DNA from: Octopus vulgaris
Taxonomy: Eukaryota
NCBI GenBank assembly: GCA_951406725.2
Contig: OX597825.1
Coordinates: 77,066,001-77,130,000, forward strand
Length of the DNA: 64,000 nucleotides
Direction of reading: 5' to 3'
Below the pieces are notes generated by a model. The model was not told the origin of the DNA. It saw only the letters and a list, made by a program, of their open reading frames with translations, and ran no database searches. Numbering within the stretch: the first letter of the stretch is position 1; each line of letters begins with the position of its first letter. Shown piece after piece: positions 14,124 to 26,078 of the stretch. A program made the position numbers and the translations under genes.

Positions 14124-14584
14124 TACTCTTTTACTTGTTTCAGTCATTTGACTGCGGCCATGCTGGAGCACTGCCTTTAGTCGAGCAAATCGACCCCGGG
14201 ACTTATTCCTTGTAAGCCCAGTACTTATTCTATCAGTCTCTTTTTGCCGAACCGCTAAGCGACGGGGACGTAAACACACCAGCATGGGTTGTCAAGCAAT
14301 GCTAGGGGGACAAACACAGACACACACATACATACATACATTATATATATATATATAGCAAAATTTCTACTGAATTTTTTGCTACCCTATATTGATAAAT
14401 ATATATATATATATATATATACGACAGGCTTCTTTCAGTTCCCGTCTACCAAATCCACTCACAAGGCATTGGTCGGCCCGGGGCTATAGCAGAAGACACT
14501 TGCCCAAGATGCCACGCAGTGGGACTGAACCCGGAACCATGTGGTTGGTTAGCAAGCTACTTACCACACAGCCACTCCTGCGCC
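14124..14584 (-). mobile_element. tRNA-derived SINE family A, full-length
   Basis: Head GGCGCAGGAGTGGCTGTGTGGTAAG with A-box and B-box-like GGTTCAGTCCC, internal (TA)n tract, tail GACTGAAACAAGTAAAAGAG; many copies in the window. Confidence 0.9.
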
Positions 14585-14639
14585 TTAAATTACAAAATTT
14601 TTAGAATATTCTAAATGATTTATGATAATGTTGATTTGC

Positions 14640-15050
14640 AATTTTGATACAAGGCCCGCAATTTTGGGGGAGAAAGTAAGTCGATTACATCGACACTTCT
14701 GCTTAACTGGTGCTTATTTTATCGATCGCCAAAGGATGAAAAGCAGTGTCGAGCTCGGCAGAATTTGAACTCAGAACATAAAGGCGGACCACGGCTAAGC
14801 ATTTTGCATGGCGTGCTAACGATTCAGCCAGCTTGCCGTCTTAATCGTCTTTAAAATATTGGTTTCAAATTTTGGCACAAGGCCAGCAATTTCGGGGGAG
14901 GGATAAGTCGGTTACATTGATCTCAGTGCATAACTGGTATTAATTTTATCGACCCCGAAATGATGAAAGGTAAAGTCAACTTCGGCGGAATTTGACGAAT
15001 TGCTGCAAAGCATTTTGTCCAGTATATTAACTATTCTCGGAGCGAATAGC
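14640..15050 (-). mobile_element. Two tandem copies of tRNA-derived SINE family B
   Basis: Reverse complement of GAGTTCAAATTCCGCCGAGGTCGACTTTGCCTTTCATCCTTTCGGGGTCGATAAA, degenerate, twice. Confidence 0.8.
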
Positions 15051-16065
15051 CTTTATAACATTAGATATATTGGTGGCCTGAGAAGTTCATCGGCTGACTA
15101 TGAAGGAGTGATGCTAGACCTGTGAAATCTTGCATGCATTAATTTCACCGATTCTTATAAATAAATGTATTGTTATGTGCGTGAATGAGTATGGAATTTT
15201 AGGGAGTTCGCTGATTTGTAAACGATAGTTTCCTGACGGTGTCGTTGTTTCTACTTCACTGCGTAAACATTTCCAGGCTGTTTGTTGTTTGATAGATTGA
15301 GAAATCACTACTTGACTTGAAAACAAGTGAGGCCTGGTGACAGTAAAGGCACTCGGCTGCAGAAATCTCTGACACCTGCTAATCTTTTCTAAACCATGCA
15401 AGCATGCAAAAGTATACGTTAAACAATGATGATGAGGTTCACTTAAATCCTCTTTGTTTTTTTTAAAGTAAATTTCTGTCTGTGTGTTCTGTTGATATAC
15501 GACGTGTATTATATGCAGCATTTTAAAAATATGAGCCACTATCTGTCCTAGGTTCAAATCTTGACTGAGTCTTTGCGTCGTCTATCTCAGCATTTCACTT
15601 AATTCTATGCTTCATACTTCGTTGACAATCCTTTAAAAAAAATTTACCCGAGGTAGACTAGCAACCTCTCCAAGTATAGATTACTACTACTACTACTAAC
15701 AATAATAATAATACTGCTGCTGCTACTACTACATTACTGGTAAAAATAGAATATATTATTGGTGGAAACAATATCACGTTGATAGAAACACTACGGTGTG
15801 GTGGTATAAGTATTACAATATTACGCAGATCAATGTTGTATTACTAGAATAAGCGTTATGATATTAATTGTAAGGCTTATACCAGTGTCTCTTAGCAGAC
15901 ATTACAAGGGAGATAATCATACCTTCATAATATCTGGTGGATTTAAAAGTTAATTCTGAAATTAAAGAATAAAGATACATATATATATATATATATATAT
16001 ATATTACAAAGATCGTAAAATTTCTAAATGTAGGTATTCAAGTGTAGCATCATTTCATTCTGTTT

Positions 16066-16284
16066 AGAAAACATCAGCATGACATAACCTGAGGTCATAC
16101 TGGAATCCTACCTTCAAGGGTTTTAGCGAAACGGATCGACCCTAGTATTCATTTTTGAGGACTGACGCTTATTCTATTAGTCTATTGTGCCGACCTGTTA
16201 AGTTATGGGGGACATAAACAAACCAGCACCGGTTGTCAAGCAGCGATGGGGAACAAGTACAAAGGCAAACACGCACACACATAC

Positions 16285-16324
<40 letters not shown>

Positions 16325-16470
16325 GACGGGCTTCCTTCAGTTTCTGTCTACCAAATCCACTCACAAGGCTTTGGTCGGCTCGAGGCTATAGTAGGAGACA
16401 TTTGCCGAAGTTGCCACGCAGTGGGAATGAACCCGGAACCATGTGGTTGGTAAGCAAGCTACTTACCACA
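16066..16470 (-). mobile_element. SINE family A
   Basis: Same head, internal microsatellite and body as 14124-14584. Confidence 0.85.
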
Positions 16471-16792
16471 TATATTGCTGTTAGCAAAATTCGGGATGCG
16501 TGGCGTTCAGTTATTTCATGAATGAAAATGCAATAAATACTACAAAACGTAGACGCAAGTCAGACTCAAAGACACTAATGCTTCATCAGTTTCGTGCCTT
16601 TAACGATGAGACTGGGGACTTCGTATATCGGTGGCACCTTCGAGATTTGCGTAGAGTTAGGGATCGTGCAAAAGAACTTCCGACAGGGTTCAAGATCAAT
16701 TAGTATCAAGCGACTTCATTCTGCGTACTTTACCTCTGTTACAATAGTAGCAACACTTCCTATACGTTTTGATTAGACATCATATATATATA

Positions 16793-17163
16793 AATTTGTT
16801 TTCAGATTTGAAAATGCCCCTCAATCTCAAAACAGTCATTTTCATATTTTGTAATTGATTTCTTCAAATACCAAACCAGTTTCGACAATTGTTTTGCTTA
16901 TCAATGGTACAAATATACAAATAAAGGGTTTAAGAGGTTAAAAGCAAGTGACTGAGTCCCTACAAGGAAGTCAACCGAGCGGAGCGGTGGTAGGGGCTCG
17001 GTCATTTGTTTTTACCTTCTAAACCCTTTATTTATATATTTGTACCATTGATAAGCAAAACCATTGTCGAAACCGGTTTGGTATTTGAATAGATCTATTA
17101 CAAAATTTGAGAACGACTACACGTTTTGAGATTCAAGTGCCCTTTCAAAACCCCAAACAAATT
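16793..17163. repeat. Long imperfect hairpin (~170-bp arms), each arm carrying a decayed hammerhead motif
   Basis: Arms mirror across a ~26-nt loop near 16964-16989. Right arm 17043-17083 reads TACCA-TTGATAA-GCAAAACCATTGTC-GAAACCGGTT-TGGTA; mirror copy at 16869-16909. Confidence 0.85.
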
Positions 17164-17906
17164 CACCTATATATTTTCCCGCGTTGAAATACACTTCTTT
17201 CCATATATATATATATATATACCAGGTAAAATGAAATGTTTTTATCTTTGCCACCCGCTAACATTATTGCCAGTATATATTTACAATTGCCCTTCGTGGG
17301 TTCGTAGGAAGAATGCTTTGTGAAAGGTCTAACTCTTCCCATTAAAATTGCTGGCCTTGTGTTTAAATAAGAAACAGGGAATACAAAAATAAGAAACAAG
17401 GTACCCCATCACCTCAAAGAAAAACGACGTAAAGCCCGACAAACTTTCCAACTGAAGATGAATAATCAAAACTAGGCAAAACTATGACAGTAATTGTTGA
17501 CAAAACAGTGAGACAGAAAGTCTCTTTTATTCGTTGCTTAACTTTATTAGCGCCAAACCAAAGTGGTGTAAAATGTAGACCTTTTCTTTTTTGACGCTCT
17601 TGTATTTGTTTTTAGAATTTGGTAAGCATTCTTTAAAACATGACAAGAAAAGAATTGTTAATTTGTCAATAAGCATGTCGTTTAGTGTCCATATCTCGAA
17701 TGTTAGTTCAACAAAATTCGATCCTTTGATAAAAAATTAAGTTCCATGGCACCGTGCACTCTATACTATTAATATGTATGTATGTATGTATGTGTGTATG
17801 CATGTGTGCATGCGTAAGGGTATACGTGAATGCATACCTATGTGTATACGATATAACTGTATAATCATACACGTGCGCGGTCACACCTACACACATACAC
17901 AAACAT

Positions 17907-17947
<41 letters not shown>

Positions 17948-18100
17948 TGCATGTGTGTGTGTGTGTGTGTGTAAATAGATATACATTTATATATTGAGAT
18001 ATATAGATACACATATTTATGTATTCATATATGTATATATGTATGTACATAGATATGTGTATATATGTTTATATATATATATGTGTGTGTATATATGTGC

Positions 18101-18138
<38 letters not shown>

Positions 18139-18149
18139 TATATAGAAGG

Positions 18150-18200
18150 AGCTTCTACAGGACTAGAACTGTTTCATTCAAGAGAAATCTTCAGGAAGCT
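18150..18200 (-). ncRNA. Type I hammerhead ribozyme motif in a ~120-bp insert between (TA)n tracts
   Basis: Minus strand: stem I AGCUUC/GAAGCU; core CUGAAGA; stem II U.U plus UUC/GAA; GAA; stem III ACAG/CUGU with 8-nt loop; GUA triplet. Confidence 0.85.
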
Positions 18201-18253
18201 AGTTAACAAGAGTACCTTATTTACTGTGGTTAACCCCGAATCAACCCGGGACC

Positions 18254-18292
<39 letters not shown>

Positions 18293-18867
18293 CTGTATAC
18301 ACACACACATATACTAATGATATTATAGATATGCCGTATCATTGATATTTTGATAACTTTTTGTAAAGTTGAAAAAACTGACTATAAACTGAAAAAAAAA
18401 ACAAACACAAATTCATGATTCTACGACGAATTAGCACAACCATATTCCAACATTTTCAATCAATGAACTTCCATATATCCTCCATTATTGGTAAATTGCA
18501 CAAATGTCCTAATCGATGTAAATTCTTCAAATATTCTTGTCAATAGATTCCAAATGTCTAAAATGTCTATTTTATATTTGCAGGAATTTGTAACAATCAT
18601 GCCTTTCTCAAGAATAGTAATGATATTTGGATAGAATTTTTTGGCATATGATTTGTCTTAGGCTACTAGAAGCAGTTATATCTTCACTAATACCAAAGGA
18701 AATTGATTCTAGCCACTTATTCTCTGTATTTAGTTTTCTTAAACATTTTTGAAATATATACATATTGAAAAAAATTAATTGGTTTTGTTGTATTATCATT
18801 CCTAGTTTATCACTATAGTAGTTTTTGTACAGAGAAACAGATACGTACATACATACGTACGTATGTA

Positions 18868-18918
<51 letters not shown>

Positions 18919-19295
18919 TCTTTACTCTTTTACTTGTTTCAGTCATTTGACTGCGGCCATACTGGAGCACCGCCTTTAATCGAGCAACTCGACCCCGGGA
19001 CTTATTCTTTGTATACATATATATATATCTATAAGCTATACGTAAGTATATGATATATGCGCATCAGCAGATGTATGTGTGTGTGTGTGCGTGTTTGTGT
19101 CTGTGTGTATTTATGCGTATGTATGAATGTGTATAAATGTGCATAAATGGATGTGTATAAGCAGCTCTGTATATATCCTTTCTCGAATGGACCAGGATTC
19201 TAAAAAGGATTTAGCTAATCTTATCAGGTGGTGCTATTTAGTTAGACATGGCCTGGACCAATCTTTGGTCGAAACCTAAGTCATGTATATATGTA

Positions 19296-19333
<38 letters not shown>

Positions 19334-19335
<2 letters not shown>

Positions 19336-19419
19336 GTACTAAGTAATTAAGGGTTTAGCAACGATTTGCCTCACCACAGTGAGGCAAATCGTTGCTAAAC
19401 CCTTAATTATTTAGTATTA
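19334..19419. repeat. Near-perfect hairpin with 41-bp arms and a 4-nt loop
   Basis: TAGTACTAAGTAATTAAGGGTTTAGCAACGATTTGCCTCAC-CACA-GTGAGGCAAATCGTTGCTAAACCCTTAATTATTTAGTATTA; two mismatches. Confidence 0.95.
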
Positions 19420-19544
19420 CTTAATATTACTTAAACTTTCCTCGAATGAGGCTTTTACATGCCGAAATCTACTTGGTGAAATTAATGATTATTCCAAATT
19501 AATTAATTTCACCCTATATTATTACTGATATATATATATATATC

Positions 19545-19885
19545 TTTTATCTGTTCCTTGTTTCAGTGATTAGACTACGGCCATGTTAGAGCACCGCCAA
19601 GAAGAAGATTTAGTCGAATACTTATTGTTTTTTAAGCCTAGTACTTACTCTATTATAAGGACGTAAACACACTAACACCGGTAGTCAAGCGGTGGTGGTG
19701 GACACGCATAGACGCAAGGACACACATGCACGCACACATATATACATACACACATACGACGGGCTTCTTTCAGTTTCCCTCTACGAAATATCTACTAGCA
19801 AGGCCGAGGCTATGACACTTGCTCAAGGTGTCACGTAGTGGGACTGAACCCGAAACCATATGGTTGGAACGTACGCCTGCGCTTA
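19545..19885 (-). mobile_element. Degenerate SINE family A
   Basis: Tail TTGTTTCAGTGATTAGACTACGGCCATG and head GGGACTGAACCCGAAACCATATGG. Confidence 0.75.
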
Positions 19886-20378
19886 GCAAAAATTACAAAA
19901 ATACGTACCATACTTTAGTTTAAATCAATGGTTGCCGCACGTCAGCAACCAGGGTCGCATGCAGCCCTCAAGTATCCCACCAGCGGCCCTCAACGGTCGT
20001 CACTCTATAAATTAATTTTATTTCTAATTGACTTGTGTCTTACTTCTTTTGCTGCGGCTCCTTAAAATATCAAGGATTTGGGTCTGGCTTGGTTTATATA
20101 CTAATAAACGATTATAATATTGAAACATGCTAAAGACAAAAAAATAATAATGATAATAATAATCCTTTCTACTATTGGCACAAAACCTGAAATCTGGTGG
20201 GAAGAGGCCAGTCGATTAGATCTACCCCAGTACACAACTGGTACTAAATTTACCAACCCCGAAAGGATAAAAGATAAAGTTGATCTCGGCGGAATTTGAA
20301 CTCAGAACGTAACGGAAAAAAATGACTATTTTGCCTTGCTTCATTTTATATCTGTTTTATGTTGAAAGCAGCAATAAA

Positions 20379-20432
<54 letters not shown>

Positions 20433-20485
20433 TTCTACTAAAGGCACAAAGCCTGAATTTTTGTAGCGAGGGTACCAGTCGATTA

Positions 20486-20709
20486 CAAAAATCCCTCGAC
20501 TATCGCGGGTTTTACGTTCCAAAAGCCCCGCGATAGGTGAAAATCCGCGCGGTAGAAAGAGTACTGTACAGACTATTTTTTTAATCATTATTTTTATAAT
20601 TTGTATATAATTGTTTGATTATAAATGCATAACGCCACCACGGAGGAATCGACGTAAGCTTAAATAACAAACCGCGATAGGTGGATCGCGATATGGCGAG
20701 GGGTTACTG
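20486..20709. mobile_element. Tigger/pogo-like MITE inserted in a SINE B copy
   Basis: TA-CAAAAATCCCTCGACTATCGCG ... CGCGATATGGCGAGGGGTTACTG-TA; the TA duplication splits the SINE B sequence GATTA|CATCGACCC. Confidence 0.8.
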
Positions 20710-20946
20710 TACATCGACCCAGCGTTTCACTGGTACATAATCTATCGACTCCCGAAAGGATGAAAGGCAAAGTCGACGTCAGCGGAATTTGAACATGCAA
20801 ACAGACGAAATGCCTCTAAGCATTTTGTTCGGTGCGCTAACGATTCTGCCAGCAGTAATAATAATAATCCTTTTATTTGTCCTTGTTTGTCCCCTCTATG
20901 TTTAGCCCCACGTGGGCAATAAAGAAATAATAATAATCCTTTCGAA

Positions 20947-21720
20947 GGCGGTGAGCTGGCAGAAATGTTAGCACGTCGGGCGAAATGCTCAGCAGTATTT
21001 CGTCTGCCGTTATATTCTGAGTTCAAATTCCGCCAAGGTCGACTTTGCCTTTCATCCTTTCGGGGTCGATAAATTAAGTACCAGTTACGCACTGGGGTCG
21101 ATATAATCGACTTAATCCGTTTGTCTGTCCTTGTTTGTCCTCACTGTGTTTAGCTCCTTGTGGGTAGTAAAGAAATAGGTATTTCGTCTGCTGCTACGTT
21201 CTGAGTTCAAATTCCGCCAAGGTCGACTTTGCCTTTCATCCTTTCGAGGTCGATAAATTAAGTACCAGTTACGTACTGGGATCGATATAATTGACTTAAT
21301 TCATCTGTCTGTCCTTGTTTGTCTCCTCTGTGTTTAACTCCTTGTGGGTAGTAAAGAAACCGGTATTTCGTCTGCCGCTACGTTGTGAGTTCAAATTCCG
21401 CCAAGGTCGACTTTGCCTTTCATCCTTTCGGGGTCGATAAATTAAGTACCAGTTACGCACTGGGGTCGATATAATCGACTTAATCCGTTTGTCTGTCCTT
21501 GTTTGTCCTCACTGTGTTTAGCCCCTTGTGGGTAGTAAAGAAATAGGAATTTCGTCTGCCGCTACGTTCTGAGTTCAAATTCCGCCGAGGTCGACTTTAC
21601 CTTTCATCCTTTCGAGGTCGATAAATTGAGTACCAGTTGTGTACTGGGGTCGATCTAATCGACTGGCCTCTTGTCACCAAATTTCAGGCTTTGTGCCAAT
21701 AGCAGAAAGGATTATTATTA
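20947..21720 (+). mobile_element. SINE family B expanded as a tandem array of a 184-bp unit (~3.7 copies)
   Basis: One head GGCGGTGAGCTGGCAGAA, then units starting GTATTTCGTCTG at 20995, 21179, 21363 and 21547. Confidence 0.92.
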
Positions 21721-22652
21721 TTATTATTATTGCTAAAAAGACGGTGAACTGGCAGAATTGTTGGCACGCCGGAAAAATGCTTAGTGGCTTTTCGTCCATC
21801 TTCCCATTCTTGAGTTCAAAATCCGCTGACATCGACTTCGAATTTCATCCTTTCGGGGTCGATCGATTAAGTCCGAGTGAAATACTGGAGTCGATTACCA
21901 AAGTTCAGGGCTTGTACCTTGAATAGAAAGCATCGTAATTACTGTTATTTCTATTTTTCCTGGAAAACCTCCCAAACTCAAAAATCTTTGAGAAAAGTTA
22001 ACCATAAAACGTTGACAAGAAAATTATGATTTGAAATGCATAAAATCTTCATTGAATATATATTACTATAAAAGTATAGGAACATTCCATGAAGCAGTTA
22101 AGATTCCGAAATGGTTGAAGCCGTATTATAGAATATTTATAACTGATATAATTTATATATTGAGTATGATAAATATCTCCAAAATCCCTGAAGGTGTTAA
22201 TACGATGATAAGGGGTATTATAGTTAAAATAATAAAAGGAAAATGTTAATACCCAGTCAGTGCTGTGAGCAACTGCAGAGGATTTAAGACGCTTAATCCA
22301 TTAGTCATAGCATTTATAGTTTAATAAATATCAAACCAACATATTGAATCTGTTGGTAATCGTCGGTGCAGCGAGGGAGGTTTTACGTAGTGGTTCGAAT
22401 TGCTGCTGGAAATAGCAGTTGAATTCCTTTAAATATCACAGCTTACGTCTTTAAAAGGAAGGGAAACCTATAACAATTTACTCTTCGTTTGTAGGTGCAG
22501 GTATAGCTATACGGTTGCAATGCTGACTTTGTAGCCACATGGTTTCCGGCTCAGTCTCATTGTGTAGCACCTCGGACTAATGTCTTCTTCTGTAGCTCCG
22601 GGTCGACCAATACGTTGTGAGTGAATTATGTAGACGAAAACTGAAAGAAGCC

Positions 22653-22717
<65 letters not shown>

Positions 22718-22721
<4 letters not shown>

Positions 22722-23190
22722 GTTGAGTAAAAGTAAGCAACGTCTTCAGCCATGAAGAATTTGCACCGGAGTTTTGCAGAGTTTTGAATTTTTTTAAACA
22801 TTTGTTCGCAGTTGTCTGATGATACAGACTAAGAACTTGCCCAAATGTATCAATAAATTAACACTAATAATTTTTTCACTGTTGCCACAGTCAACTGAAA
22901 TGGAAATGTCAAAGTGCGATATTCGAGCAATTTTGCTATTCAACTTCAAAAAAGAGGACGTAAAGCAGCTGAAACTGACCGCGATATCAACGAAACATTT
23001 GGTCAGCTCGAAAATGGTTTAAATGATTTCGCAGTGGAGACCTGAGCCCTGAAGATCGATGACGGTCAATCAAAGAAAGATCCACGGAAACCCACTTGAG
23101 AACTGGCAAAAGTTAGCCAGAAAACTGCCTGCAACCATTTGCATGCGATCGGGAAATCGATAAATGTGTACCACACGATTTGAAATGATG
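22718..23190 (+). mobile_element. Mariner 5' fragment (transposase N-terminus, decayed)
   Basis: ATG at 22900: MEMSKCDIRAILLFNFK / GRKAAETDRDINETFG..KWFK*FRSGDLS, the typical mariner HTH region. Confidence 0.85.
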
Positions 23191-24439
23191 AAAGGCAAGT
23201 CAAACTTCAATTTCAGGCATTCTCACCAGAAGCAAATCTTCCAATACTTGAAAAGTGCAGGATTCAAAAATCACCCACTATTTCAATTTCAGGGCTTTGT
23301 ATTACGAGGACCATCAGTTCCTTCTGATAAGTGCGAAGTTGAGTATTCAATTGCAATTTGAAGTTGATTAGTTATCAGTAAGAAAGATGTCCAGATTTTA
23401 AAAAAATAGTACGAAATATTGAGAAAAAATATTTTTTCCCCACAACAAAACACACACACAAAAAAGGTGTGTCTGTGGTAACTTGAGTTACTACAAGTAG
23501 TAGCCAAATCTCTCTTCTAGAGCACTTTTCAAAAGACAGACTTACAGTATTTCAGAAAGAAAGAAAAAACTATGCGATGGTTTTGCTACATCAAAGGCAA
23601 CGTGGGGTTAAAAAAACACAAACATACTTCACATTAAAAGGTTATCTACTAAATAATACTAATAAAGTTCACGGTATATCTTCGAAGTTTCATTCCATGG
23701 TAAAAGCCCATGTATTTTTAACATTTTCTCATTATTCTCCATGTAAGACAGATTATTCAGGCAGAGTTGCCTCCCTTAGCTAAAGACCTCAAAATTGTGC
23801 GACCCGACCTCGGTTTTGAGATTATCTTAGTAGTAAAAACAAATGTTGTACAAGAAATTTGCTTTATTTGGTAGCCGAAAGATTACTGAATCTTTTGATA
23901 CTTCATATGTCAAAATAGGCAACTCAGTTTTCGAATACATAAGAAGCATACGCACACATGAATAGTGTGTTGGTGATAAGTAATTAAGAAAAATTATTGT
24001 TATGTCGGTGGTAGAGAATACTTGTCTATCAAATCGATATCGACACATATTATAAAGTGTGGTACTCATCTTTTCAGTTTATTCTGCTGAATCGCTAGGT
24101 TACGGGATGTAAACAGACCAGCACCAATTGTCAAACGATGGCTGGACAGACAAACGACCATGCGTACATACATACACTCACATGTATGTATGTATGTATA
24201 TATATATATATATATAAAGGAAAGAATAGTCAAAAGGAAGAGGGAATACGATTCGACAGCTGTTTAATGACTATTTTAGTGGCTATATGCGTGGCTGTGT
24301 GGTAAGTAGCTTGCTTACGAACCACATGGTTCCTGGTTCAGTCCCACTGTGTGGCTCCTTGGGCAAGTGTCTTCTACTTAGAGAAGAAGAAGAAACGAAA
24401 CGAATCGAATATATATATATATATATAAATGTATATATA

Positions 24440-24483
<44 letters not shown>

Positions 24484-24486
24484 ATA

Positions 24487-24523
<37 letters not shown>

Positions 24524-24526
<3 letters not shown>

Positions 24527-25900
24527 ACCTGATGGTACAGCTACCACTACAGAACCTACAACATTTGACAAATCACAACACTTAAAAGCTGCTTCAGAAA
24601 CAGCTCGATCCCTGTACAGACCTGCTTGAGCTGCTTCCTTAGCCTTTAACTTTCTACAATCAGCAATCAAGTGTCCAGGAGTCTTACAGTAATGGCAGGA
24701 TTTAGAAGAAGCACTATATTGAGCCATCTTCTGCTTCTGAGCTACTTCTGTTTTATGAGTAACAACCATCTGACTTGATAAACTTTTTTTTTTTTTTCAT
24801 TCTTTGTTTGACGCTTGCTGTGAATCGATTCATACTCATCGGCAAGTTTTGCTGCTTCAGCTAAAGTATTAACCTGACCAAAATTACGATCATGGTGATC
24901 TTACATAAAATGGGACAATACAGGACAAACAAAAGACAAAAATGTTACATAAGTTCGCATGATATAAATATTAAAAATTTACTTAAATAATATGTATTTT
25001 ATATATCGTTTGAATTTTCCTTTAAATAGAACTTTGATTTAAAATGAAACTAAATCAAAGAAAAACACAAACAAAAATGTTATGGGTCGCACCCGGAAGC
25101 CTGTAAAGCCCAGGAACTGACCAAAAGTATCAACTTTTTTAGACCTAAGCCACTTACCCCACATGACTTTTTTTCCCCCCTAGCGAAGTCTATGTAAGGG
25201 TCAGAGGAATTTTTCCAAGCTTGCTTAAACTTTTGCCAGTACACTTCAGCTACTTATTCAGGACAATCTAATATCTTCTGTTTCACCTGGGAATGTAAAA
25301 AATATGTGAAGTCATAATCTTTGCAATCAGCTACACTCATCGCACAATAGAACTCTAAACCTTTCCCAATAAGTTAAGTTTGGAGTAGTATTGACCACTT
25401 ATTTTTCGGCCATTTCAATAACTCAGCAGTTTTCTCAAAGGCTAAGAAATAATTATCCAAATTCTCATCCTGGAATCTAGGGACAAATCTACTATCACTG
25501 GCAATGTTAAAGCGTTTAGATGGAGTAGCAACATCAGCCTCTTTAGACTCGGAATCAATTTGATTCACTTTTAATTTTATTTCTAACACTTGAAGTTCAT
25601 GCGCCTGCTTCTCTCTACCGGCGGCACGTTTTTCCTATTCTAAACTAATTTGCAGTCTAAACTTTTCAAGTTCATAAGCCACAATTCTTTCACTAGCTGA
25701 CAATTGAGGGGCGGCTGAATCAAAGTTTGTCTCATCACTGTTGGCAGACATTTTACCCTCAACATTAGGGTCTGCTTCACATGCGAAAAAATTACACTTT
25801 TAAGATTACTTGCAGATCCCTCTAAACCAAGTTTAGCATTCACCTCTACAAGCACGTTCCCTCAAAGTAATAGTAAGGTTTCTGCCATGGTACATTCCAT
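24524..25900 (-). pseudogene. gag: Decayed gag of a Ty3/gypsy LTR retrotransposon
   Basis: RFVPRFQDENLDNYFLAFEKTAELLKWPKNKWSILLQT, TLAEAAKLADEY and CCHC knuckle CHYCKTPGHLIADC; stops and frameshifts; truncated at (TA)n near 24524. Confidence 0.88.
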
Positions 25901-26057
25901 GACTACCGTGGGTTACAATATAGTAAGACACCAGTTAGAACAGGTTTACAAATAATATCACAATAGTAATATTTGACAAAAGGCTCTTCAACAATTTACA
26001 AAAACAAAAAAAGAATATTTTTTTTTAAAGAAAAAATTGGTGTGTACAACTGTTCGA

Positions 26058-26075
26058 ATCCCGGACGAGCTCCCA
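26058..26075 (-). promoter_or_regulatory. Primer-binding site for tRNA-Pro
   Basis: Minus strand TGGGAGCTCGTCCGGGAT, one mismatch to the canonical tRNA-Pro PBS TGGGGGCTCGTCCGGGAT, 3 nt after the LTR terminal CA. Confidence 0.9.
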
Positions 26076-26078
26076 ATT

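Noticed and set aside
17448-17480. CTGAAGA-TGAATAATCA-AAACTAGGC hammerhead-like string
   Set aside because: Lacks G12, a valid NUH triplet and stem I pairing.
18400-18780. Possible coding remnant on the minus strand
   Set aside because: Stops in all frames and no family I can recognise.
20947-21720. CRISPR-like regular repeats
   Set aside because: Units are contiguous 184-bp SINE bodies with no unique spacers, in a eukaryotic context with no cas genes.
22020-22340. Possible second NUMT (AT-rich, hydrophobic translation)
   Set aside because: No conserved mitochondrial protein motif recognised.
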